From assembly GCA_000934665.2 (NCBI GenBank), contig KZ538048.1:62001-126000 (forward strand): DNA of 64,000 bases, in the 5' to 3' direction. Numbering within the stretch: position 1 is the first letter of the stretch; the number at the start of each line of letters is the position of its first letter. The notes under the pieces were generated by a model. That model did not search any database. It was not told the DNA's origin and saw only the letters and a list, made by a program, of their open reading frames with translations. Shown here piece by piece: positions 39,501 through 47,778 of the stretch. Origin of the DNA: Catajapyx aquilonaris. Taxonomy: Eukaryota. The position numbers and the translations under genes were made by a program.

Positions 39501-41363
39501 ACTAGGTAGTGGCTAGGTTATTCGCTTTTAGAGAGCATATATCTGAGATGGCCGTACACCACGTGGTTGCGTCTTCTAGCCGCTCTTAATTGGACTTATT
39601 GTGCGTTGGAAGAGCAGTCATGACGAAACGTGTGGGCCATGAATTACTTGCTCTAGCATGAAAGGAAATGTCGTCACTGTCGTCTTTGATACGACCGTTG
39701 CTATGTGAAGGCCTAGGCCCTAGATTGGGGTGGATCTTTACTGGCTGCAATTTCCGAGAGGTGAAGCACACCACACTTCATTTCCATCTTTATTACGTTT
39801 TATGAGCGTTCTTAGCTAATTCCAAACTGGACTTCTATTTCGAGTCTAGCCCTCAAACAAGCGTTTAAGAGCCAGCCTTGACAGGCCGGCTCGGACGCTC
39901 AAGAATTAAGATTGATTGCTAAAATTTTCCGTCCCCGCAACGAAAGTCTCTTCGAGTGATGTGTGGCACCAAAAAGCATGTTAGTGGTGAGTAATCCCAC
40001 GTCTAAAAGGCGTCAGAAGGACGAAGTAGAGGCGCTTTTCCTGCTTAATTGAATCTGTCGTGTCGTCCGCAAGGGGGGAAAAAAACGCAAGCGGCTGGGA
40101 AGCGCGTCATTCATGTGTCTTGAAATTCAGAAATGGACATTTTTTGGAGTATTCCTTTGCGGTTTTCACGTGGTCCTAGGCTCCATGGTATCAAGCAGAC
40201 GGGTCCGCTTTTAACTCGATGAAATCCGGTAATTAATTTATAATTACCACAAGCCATGTTAGGAGTAAATTGGTTCATTAGGTTACTGGTGTACTGTAAT
40301 GTAATGAGTGTTGGCAACACGCTGCCGACGAAGAGCGGAAACAAGCTGATGCAAGAATTACAAGGGCAGACATTATTCAACTCTTATTTTTTTTTGAACT
40401 GGGTCCGCCAGTGTCACACTTGCAATGCGTGGGTGAGACCATACTGGACATTGTTTTGCGTGACCATCATGATGGTATTTGGTACATCCTGCCACCTCCA
40501 GATTTACTATTTGCATATAGCACGCTTCAATTAAACTCGATTGGACTGTTCGGTAACGACTCCGAATCTGGTTACGCAACTAGGAACGTGTGTCCCCTAT
40601 GCAACCTATAAGGAAGTGACGTTAATACAACATGCTTTCTTATGCAACAGAATGATTTTTTCGGTGTCTAAAGGACTAATTCTTTTTCTTCCACACCACA
40701 CCATAGGATAGGGGGCGTGAAAAGTGTCCCCTTTAACAAAGTTAAAATCGCTACAAAAGACTAGGCGGATTTATCGTTCGTTCCCCTCTGCTCCAGCCGC
40801 TCAAGCACAATTGCCAGGCTTTGTCCTATCAATTTCCGGGCATTGCGGCTGAGAGGGTAGACAAAAAAAAAAAAAAATACAACAAACTAACCCCTCTGAA
40901 AAGGACTGTCCTAGTAGACCAGGCCTCGTTTATATCTATTACACAACTGACTGGAGTCAGCGCGTGTTCATGCCCCCCAAACTGTTGGATGTGTCTGGAA
41001 AATAGTCTCTACCCAAAGCGACTTTAGCCTCCCCGTTAGTCTACTTTTCAAACTCAAATCCTAGAATGTAAACAGCCCGGTACCCCCTGTTTGAAAGAGC
41101 TTTACAAACGCCAATCGCATTCAATTACCTGTGCTGCGCATTTGCATGCCCTGTTTAGTTACCCAGGAAACGACTGGTAGGGGGGGGAGGGTGGTGTTCA
41201 TTTTGGAGAGCATCAAAGCAAGAAAAACGGAAACTGCGTGGGATTCCACTCTTTTCACTCAAAATGTTGGGATACCAAAAAGTCACCTGTTAATTTGGTT
41301 TTTTTTAAAGGGGGTTTCCACATTACCTCCAATACACACTGCTAACACCACAATGGCCTTCAT
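36424..41363 (-). CDS. Klingon/Wrapper-like GPI-anchored IgSF cell-adhesion protein (signal peptide, 3 Ig, FN3, GPI signal); 11 coding exons, 459 aa
   Basis: join(41363-41327,39300-39175,38665-38465,38050-37929,37836-37698,37612-37515,37348-37177,37109-36982,36913-36718,36655-36596,36524-36424). All introns are GT-AG and phases are consistent; 1380 nt with no internal stop. Motifs LPCKVQNLG..WKKG..DSGEYVC, CVAKGNPQPDITW..HSGLYLCQAIN, WIHGGE..ISCTVYANPPANVSW..DFGDYTCYAVNEMG, FN3 LQPATIYQLRIYARNKYGWS, hydrophobic C-terminus. Confidence 0.93.
36596..36655 (-). CDS. Klingon/Wrapper-like exon 10 (60-nt symmetric linker exon)
   Basis: TAG acceptor, GTAAGC donor, phase 1-1, open frame IMDFATSSMNDQAGGATEP. 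Confidence 0.75.
36718..36913 (-). CDS. Klingon/Wrapper-like exon 9 (second half of FN3)
   Basis: WTEITVP...YEFTDLQPATIYQLRIYARNKYGWSKSSDTFVFST; canonical splice sites. Confidence 0.93.
36982..37109 (-). CDS. Klingon/Wrapper-like exon 8 (first half of FN3)
   Basis: GKPNPPVILSSPESPFETNYTLAWEVDCYSRLIDYRVEIKEYQ. Confidence 0.92.
37177..37348 (-). CDS. Klingon/Wrapper-like exon 7 (second half of Ig3)
   Basis: VSWFFNGEPI...EDFGDYTCYAVNEMGDSQVNIELS; frame is consistent. Confidence 0.92.
37396..37484. repeat. Intronic 38-bp tandem duplication
   Basis: ACAATGGCGGATAAGGCTGACCACGTGCA occurs twice, plus a partial third copy. Confidence 0.85.
37515..37612 (-). CDS. Klingon/Wrapper-like exon 6 (first half of Ig3)
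   Basis: IPDIEVHRPWIHGGEDSSSEISCTVYANPPAN; CAG acceptor, GTAGGT donor. Confidence 0.92.
37698..37836 (-). CDS. Klingon/Wrapper-like exon 5 (second half of Ig2)
   Basis: GATLKLVGVNRHHSGLYLCQAINSVG; canonical splice sites. Confidence 0.93.
37929..38050 (-). CDS. Klingon/Wrapper-like exon 4 (first half of Ig2)
   Basis: SPRILYLSEEDPVIVDEGSDIAITCVAKGNPQPDITWQRR; canonical splice sites. Confidence 0.93.
38465..38665 (-). CDS. Klingon/Wrapper-like exon 3 (second half of Ig1)
   Basis: SYDLVWKKGNLILAG...YTLEIGSLTMEDSGEYVCEI; canonical splice sites. Confidence 0.93.
39175..39300 (-). CDS. Klingon/Wrapper-like exon 2 (end of signal peptide, first half of Ig1)
   Basis: TTTCAG acceptor and GTAAGT donor; PPQFLSYPTKVLKHEREHIHLPCKVQNLG. 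Confidence 0.92.
41327..41363 (-). CDS. Klingon/Wrapper-like exon 1 (signal peptide MKAIVVLAVCIG)
   Basis: ATG, hydrophobic stretch and phase-1 donor GAG|GTAATG. Joins exon 2 to give MKAIVVLAVCIGVLCKRILA-ENG. Confidence 0.8.
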
Positions 41364-42740
41364 CGTCCTTGCCGCACTTGGCCCCCTGTAGACACTACAA
41401 GTAGAACTAACTGCCCCCCACTTTTACCCCTCTTGTCCACTCTTGGGAATACCACAATCTGCGCGCCTCTGAGTGTTGCACAAGCGCCTCCCGACGGAGC
41501 CTGATGGAAACCAAGCCGGCCATTTCCAACCGCGGGTCACATGTGATGGTCAAGTAGAGGGCGTTTTGCATATATCAAACGCGGTTTTTTTGATGATGAA
41601 AATATAGGGGAGGGTCATACTGCGTGACTGATGGCGGTTCAGTTTTTTTTAGTAAAAAGCTGATGGGGAAAACGTTTTGGAGTAAAAATGATCAATCATG
41701 GGTTTTTGCCCCTTTTTGGCTTCTAGTCTCTGGTCGGATTGCGTGTTTTGAGGTAATGGCTTAGTCACGGAAGGGAACGTTTCTGGTAATAACGGAGTTG
41801 TTGTGAATGAAGTCAGTGGATAGATTTAAATTTGAATTTGTCATTAGTCGAGGGCATGAGGTGAAACGAGTGTAAAACGTTTTAGATTTCATGTGGGGAA
41901 TATATTCGTGGTGAAGTATTGGATATTGGGGCAGTAAAATGAGCCATAGTTTGCAGAAGAGTCGATCAGTTCGACAAACATTTTCCGTACTTGACAGGTG
42001 TCAGAAAGGCACTGAAAATTATGAGTCCGGACAAATAAAGTTCCGTAATGGGCATCCAGTTTCTGCTGTTGGAAGGATCCGCTTAGGCATGTATCACGGT
42101 AGTTCATAATCGTTTAGGCCTGGATTAATATTATAGGGATATAATTAATATAGACTGTACTTAGGGAGGGCACCTTGCACTGGATAATTATGAAACCGAC
42201 AAGGAAAGTTTTACCATGTGCAAGTCTCAAGTATTATTCAAACTTAGTAGTTAATTACTCCATCCTCAGTAATGAATAACCCTAAAGGTTTGCAGAAAGC
42301 TTATTTATTGTAGGTTTAAAACAGGGGATTGGAGGGTTCGCATTAAAAATTTGACCGTTTAAAAATATTGCATACTTATCTGGACATTTTGCATCCATCT
42401 GCAACGTACAAATCCTAGGTACAAATATAAATTATTGTACCCAATTTTGGTTTCCTGACATGAATGGGTTGTGCACAGAGATGAACAAAAACGAGTGAAG
42501 GCTGTCCCCGTGGTGACGTTGTATGAAATGTGGGGCAATAGCCAAACCCCACTCCCCACATGGTTCTGCTATATTGCTAACCTTCTCCACTTGCATCCCT
42601 GCACCATCATAATGATCCAAATACGGAATCCCATAATATTATGCTACATGTCATAGAGAGGAAAGGATAAATAAGTACCGGTATTATAGAAACATCGTAA
42701 AATTATATCGAAATACTCATATTTATTTGGGAAAGTGAAG

Positions 42741-43092
42741 GGGAGGCGGAGTGGTGCTGCGGTAACGTGCGCGCCCACGGATGTTAAGGTCCCGGGTTCG
42801 ATCCCAGCCCGGGGACACCCCCTTCATCTCGTGCAGAGTTCATTGGGTCACCTCTGGCTTCGTCTCGGGTGGTATTTCCTACAGACTAAACCACCCGGGG
42901 GAGTTCACTAAAAATGGCCACATAAAGACATTGCACTGCACCTTGCACATCCCCTCCTGTCATCCTGCCCGTGGGCCCGGGCGCTTCAATAATTAGGTTC
43001 CAAATATGTACATCGTACAAAATAAAGGTCCGTGCTATAGCCGAGAAGGCCAAGCACTACCCGGATATTATTATTATAATATTATTATTATT
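42741..43092 (+). mobile_element. tRNA-derived SINE (family 1)
   Basis: A box TGGTGCTGCGG (~42752), B box GGTTCGATCCC (~42795), 3' stem-loop, (TTA)n tail. TSD ATTTGGGAAAGTGAAG at 42725-42740 and 43441-43456. Confidence 0.88.
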
Positions 43093-43102
43093 ATTTGGGA
43101 AA

Positions 43103-43391
43103 CCGAAGCAGTAGTGGTGTAGTGGTATGGTGTCCGACTGCTAATCGGGAGGTCCTGGGTTCGAATCCCGGAGGCCGGCGACCCTGACCTTGGTTTTCTG
43201 TGGTTTCCCATGGTCCTTGCAGGATAATTCCGGGGTCGTTACCGTAATATAGGCCACAGCCGCCTCCTTCCTTCCCTTTCCCTGCTTCATTCCGGTGATG
43301 AGAAAAATAGTAAAAAATGGAAGAGTTCCAGACAAAAAATTGGGAGAAATCCCCCCCTAGGAAAGCCCGTAGGCTGATAATGGGGTATCAA

Positions 43392-43440
<49 letters not shown>
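43103..43440 (+). mobile_element. tRNA-derived SINE (family 2)
   Basis: A box TGGTGTAGTGG, anticodon-like arm, B box GGTTCGAATCC, body GGTTTTCTGTGGTTTCCC...GGCCACAGCCGCCTCCTTCC, perfect (TTA)n tail. TSD ATTTGGGAAA at 43093-43102 and 43441-43450. Confidence 0.9.
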
Positions 43441-43443
<3 letters not shown>

Positions 43444-43700
43444 TGGGAAAGTGAAGCAACAATAACAATAACAAGTTGTCTCTGTTCCCCCAGTACACCG
43501 AATCATTAATATCACACTAAAGTTAAATCTTTTGTAAGCACAGCTTTTGCAAAGAGTGTAATCACACAGGATCGGCTTGGCACATTGTAACGTTTCCTGG
43601 GAATTAAAATTTCAACAATCGCTCAAAATATATTGTCAAGTACACAGATAATTCTGCCTTTTGATTTTCCATCTCAAAATTAAATTACAAAAATTTTTTA

Positions 43701-44119
43701 ATGTCTTTTCCTGAGGGCAATAACTCAGAGTCCGAGTTAAGTTTCTCCAATTCCACGTTTCCTATATCGCAATGGTTTAAAAGCAATGTGACAGCACGGT
43801 ATATGTCTACTACATATAATTATTATTTATTTAAAAAATCAGCCCATGGGGATGTGGACGAGGATGGTGCTGCAACGTCTCTTGAACATCAGACATCGGT
43901 CAGTGTTTGGTGCAACAGCATCATTAGTTCCTACAAGCAACAACGCCTGCCATTGGCCTATCGTTGGCCCTTCGACTTCGGTGGTCAGCAGCAGGGTCAA
44001 GGGACTGACACATCCCTGATTGACCTGGTCACCGAGGGAGGCAGCGGACATAATGTTCATTCCATGCAAGCTCTGAACGACAGGATGAGCATCACAGCAT
44101 CCAGGATGTTGGAGGAGGT

Positions 44120-44151
<32 letters not shown>

Positions 44152-44213
44152 ACTGGAGGAAAAAACATTCACTCCGTGGAAGCGCCTCGCCATTGAGAAA
44201 ATTACTAAATTAA
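43701..44213 (+). CDS. Uncharacterised 170-aa ORF; possible orphan gene or pseudogene
   Basis: ATG-initiated ORF covering a GC-rich, exon-like island (43843-44200) in AT-rich flanks. A CAG/CAA run reads as poly-Q in another frame. No homology recognised. Confidence 0.3.
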
Positions 44214-44316
44214 CGAGCTATTGGAATTAAATTCCGGCAGCATTGCAACAATAACATCATGCGATTTTATTAAAAATCCAGGGATTGAATGAACAATATG
44301 AAAATTAGCTAGTTTA

Positions 44317-44463
44317 GGGCCGTTTTCTCGAACAGTGGTTCAAATGTAAACCCGGTTCAAAGCCGGTTTAAACCCTTGACAACGGCCTAACAACAATCAA
44401 ATCAGGGATTAAACTGGCTTTCAACCCGGTTTATATTTGAACCACTGTTCGAGAAAACTACCC
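44317..44463. mobile_element. PIF/Harbinger-type MITE
   Basis: ~60-bp TIRs (GGGCCGTTTTCTCGAACAGTGGTTCAAAT... / ...ATTTGAACCACTGTTCGAGAAAACTACCC) with TTA on both sides (44314-44316, 44464-44466). Confidence 0.85.
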
Positions 44464-44581
44464 TTAATCATCACGAGAGAATGTGAATAAAGATGATCCT
44501 ATTTACCCAATGCCTGCGTATTAAGATGATTAAATGTATTATTACAGAATGTACTGATAATATCTTAATTTTTTCATATCA

Positions 44582-44828
44582 TGTTGTTGACTTGACGTTT
44601 GCTAGGTGACGCGACGTTGCCATATTTGCCACGTAGAATGAGGCTGTATAGCAGTGTGTCAACAGTGTATTGCACTTTGACTCCAGTATGACTCAGGTAC
44701 ACATTTTATCATAGCATACAATGCGTACCTGAGGCTTACTGGAGTGTTGGCACACTGCTATACAGCGTAATTCTACGTGGCAAATATGGCAACGTCACGT
44801 CACCTAGCAAACGCCAAATCAACAACAC
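44582..44828. repeat. ~250-bp imperfect palindrome immediately upstream of the orphan gene
   Basis: TGTTGTTGACTTGACGTTTGCTAGGTGACGCGACGTTGCCATATTTGCCACGTAGAAT... pairs with ...ATTCTACGTGGCAAATATGGCAACGTCACGTCACCTAGCAAACGCCAAATCAACAACA. The inner arms ACTCCAGTA..CTCAGGTAC.CATT / AATG.GTACCTGAG..TACTGGAGT also pair. Confidence 0.9.
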
Positions 44829-44881
44829 ACGGAAAAGAAATTAATTTTGAGAATACAGAACAAATTTGGCTCCAGGTCCTA

Positions 44882-45589
44882 ATGTCTAAATTGGTCAAAA
44901 TCACCCGTACCACTCCTCGCAAAAAGAGTGGCAAGACAATCCGCAAAAGGAGTCGCAAGACAATTCGCAAAAAAAGTCGCAAAATCATCCGGAACAAGAC
45001 GCTGGGCAAAAGCAGCCGCAAACTTCCAGGCAAAAGCAGCCGCAAAGTTCCAGGCAAAGGAACTACCAAAAAGACCATCAAAACAGCTGACACACTTGTA
45101 GACGACATTCCTGACTATCTCTCCAAGGTAAGACTTTCCAATCCCCTAATATCGCCCTCTGTTATTGCTGTCGGTTGTCCGGAGTGGGTTGCATTCAGAT
45201 AAGAAATCTTAATATTTGTATCATATCTCACTCTACAGGAGGAGGAAGAAAAAAACAAGATATCAACTGAGTTTAATCCACTTCTGCGTAAGATACACAT
45301 CCGACCTTTGGAGGAATACCAGCAGTTCTACCAAAATATGCTGGACACCTACAGCCAGAACCTCGCAGCCTACAAGAAAGGAGGGATCTTCGCCTACATC
45401 GGCTTCCCTGGCTATGACAAAGAGGAGACCAAAATGTCTGAGGACAACGCTGAAGAAAAATTCCACAACATTTTTCGAACCCAGCATTGGGCCAAGAGGA
45501 CCCTGAGCGGACTTCTCATTGGGATGTCATCAGATGATGCTGAGGATGCTGAGGATGCTGAGGATGGAGTTTCCACCAAGCCCAACTGA
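44882..45589 (+). CDS. Two-exon orphan gene, 198 aa: Lys/Arg-rich repeat N-terminus, diverged HMG-box-like region, acidic tail (candidate sperm or chromatin basic protein)
   Basis: join(44882-45127,45239-45589). Donor AAG|GTAAGA, acceptor CTCTACAG, phase 0, frame preserved. TGA at 45587-45589 and AATAAA at 45668. 24-nt coding tandem repeats. Confidence 0.75.
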
Positions 45590-46056
45590 AGTGTGAGGAA
45601 GATGCGGAGAATCTGTTAGAGAATACCTTTCTCGCGGATCCAGCGGATGAAACGTCTATAAGCTCTTAATAAATACATATAACTCGGCAAAAAACCTCGT
45701 TTCATTCACTTTTTTCTAGGACCGCAGGACTAGAAAGCCACTAGATTCGATTATTTTTTCTAGTAGATACATTTGTGAGGTTACTCCCATGTGAGATATC
45801 TCTGTATTATTTAGCAATAAACCATAACCCAATTGAATTTCAGCATAACGATGCAGGCATGATGTTTCAGTAATGTTATATATTATTAACACTTGTGCCC
45901 TGTTTATATTGTATACTGTTCATATATATTGTATGGCATGTAGCAGCGGGATTTCATGTTTGGATATGGTGGGGTATAGGGATGGGAATGGGGATGGTTA
46001 AGTTTTGATTCATGTTGAATAGGCTAATATAGAATCGAACTATAGGCTACAGTATA

Positions 46057-46300
46057 CAGGGTGAACTGACCAGTCAGACCTGTACCCGTGGCTCAATTGA
46101 CACCAGAGGATCATGTTATGTAGATGAGTCATTATGTCTAAACTGAGATCAAAGTACCAACAGTGCAAAAAGAACTGTCCCAGTCATCCTGACGTGTGGG
46201 CTGGCCGCTCGACACACACCATGTAAGTTACATGGTGTGTGTCGAGCGGGCAGCACACACATCAGGATGACTGGGACAATTCTTTTTGAACTGATGATAC
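46057..46300. mobile_element. Fold-back (palindromic) element, probably a Tc1/mariner-type MITE missing its outer right arm
   Basis: 73-bp arms 46154-46226 and 46228-46300 around a 1-nt loop. TA|CAGGGTGA terminus at 46057 resembles the termini of the MITE at 57688. Confidence 0.6.
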
Positions 46301-46749
46301 AAGTACAAATAGGTACAAAGTATCCTGGGAGGTATGGAAACCTCCAGCCCCTGAAATCGCATTATCACCGGTCATAATAGCAGTGATCCCTTATGGCTAC
46401 TAGCATGTCACACACTGACACGCAATAGGGAGGGCCGAAGGGTACCCTGATGTCCGACCCAGGGTCACTGAAGGACGGTTTGAGTTGATTCCGACTTCCG
46501 AATGCGGCCTATACCCGCGAAGGGAGCCACCAGTATATTTCTGTGGGGGCGCACCAGCGCCAAATTTCCCTCCTGGCGGATACTTTTATATTAAAGTACC
46601 GTCAACACAGAGCTAGGCTGGAAGAATCAGGGGCTGCGTGATACCCACCTGAAACGATACGATACCCATGGCCGTAGCCAGGATGGTTATGGGGNGGGGG
46701 GGGGAAGTGTCCAGGTGCAAAAATGTGGACCTTTCCCCCTTTACTCTTA

Positions 46750-47001
46750 AGGCCTCTACACAAATTCGGCGGAAGGCTGAGCGGTCGGAAAACGTGCGAT
46801 TGGGGGGCGCGGAATGTGAGTGGTGGCAATTCACAAATTCAAGCGGTGGCGCTGCGGGCGGAAAGTGGTGCGTTGGGAACCGCTCAAGTCCACCTGGATG
46901 GACTTGTGAGATTGCCACCGCTCAGTTCCGCGCCCCAAACCACGCCCCCAAACGCACTCTTGCCGCCCGCTCAGCCTTCCGCCGAATTTGTGTAGCGGCC
47001 T
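46750..47001. mobile_element. PIF/Harbinger-type MITE nested in the 46667-47362 element
   Basis: TIRs AGGCCTCTACACAAATTCGGCGGAAGGCTGAGCGG / CCGCTCAGCCTTCCGCCGAATTTGTGTAGCGGCCT; TTA TSD at 46747-46749 and 47002-47004. Confidence 0.88.
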
Positions 47002-47165
47002 TTAGAATGTCCTTCAAAATGTAGTTCTTACTGTGGTACTGTACGTATACGTGTCGGAGCCCAGAACGATACGAAGCGGACGAAACAGTGGCGCACCCAG
47101 AAAGTTCCTTAAGCGGTTGGGGNNNGGGTTCAAGGTTACAAGCTTAGGTGAATGAAATTATGTTC

Positions 47166-47173
47166 CTTCTCTC

Positions 47174-47235
<62 letters not shown>
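47166..47235. repeat. (CT)n microsatellite
   Basis: Direct reading of the sequence. Confidence 0.95.
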
Positions 47236-47539
47236 ATTTTGCGCCCCCTAAATGTTGGCGCACGGGGCTTGCTGGACTCTGCGTGTGTGGACCTTTTTAG
47301 GGTGGTCTCCAAAAAGAGGGGGGTACTTGTACCCACCTTTACCCCCCCTGGCTACGGCCATGATACCCGATACTTGGAGGAGTATTCGTCAATTATTTAA
47401 TTTTTTGTCCTCTTCCCTAGATTTTCCGCCCCCGTAGAGCGGCGCCCCGTGCGGATGCACGGGTCGAACTGGCCTAGGGCTGCCCCTGCTTGCTAACAAT
47501 GCTGTCTATTACAGCACAAAGAATTCGGAACGCAACATT

Positions 47540-47541
<2 letters not shown>

Positions 47542-47617
<76 letters not shown>

Positions 47618-47778
47618 TTCATCTTCACGGCGCCGTTACCCAAACAGGTATGGGGTTGCCAGCGAATATTAAGGAGGAGGTTCTTAATATCCTCGTATGA
47701 CCAAAGACATATACAAAAAAAACCAACATCTGAAGCCTGGTCGGGTACTCGCAGATAATTGGGGGGGGGGGGGGNTGT
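47542..47778 (-). mobile_element. Short retroposon insertion with (TGA)n tail (RTE-clade-style tail)
   Basis: (TCA)n at 47541-47620 on the plus strand. 13-bp TSD AACGCAACATTTT at 47529-47541 and 47779-47791. Confidence 0.8.

Larger units (their letters stand above)
46667..47362. mobile_element. Non-autonomous DNA transposon with 5-bp TSD
   Basis: TIRs CATGGCCGTAGCCAGG / CCTGGCTACGGCCATG; ATACC directly on both sides (46662-46666, 47363-47367). Contains a nested MITE and (CT)n. Confidence 0.75.

Noticed and set aside
42745..42815. tRNA gene
   Set aside because: A and B boxes are present but there is no proper cloverleaf; it is a SINE head.
43108..43180. tRNA-Ser(GCT)-like gene
   Set aside because: No acceptor-stem pairing or long variable arm. 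It continues into a SINE body with tail and TSD.
43839..44168. Minus-strand 109-aa ORF
   Set aside because: It looks like the antisense shadow of the plus-strand GC-rich island.
44777..45202. 141-aa ORF as given in the track
   Set aside because: It starts at a GTG inside the palindrome and reads through the intron. The spliced model from ATG 44882 is better supported.
47136..47672. Poly-ER, poly-SL and poly-S ORFs
   Set aside because: These are translations of the (CT)n and (TCA)n repeats.
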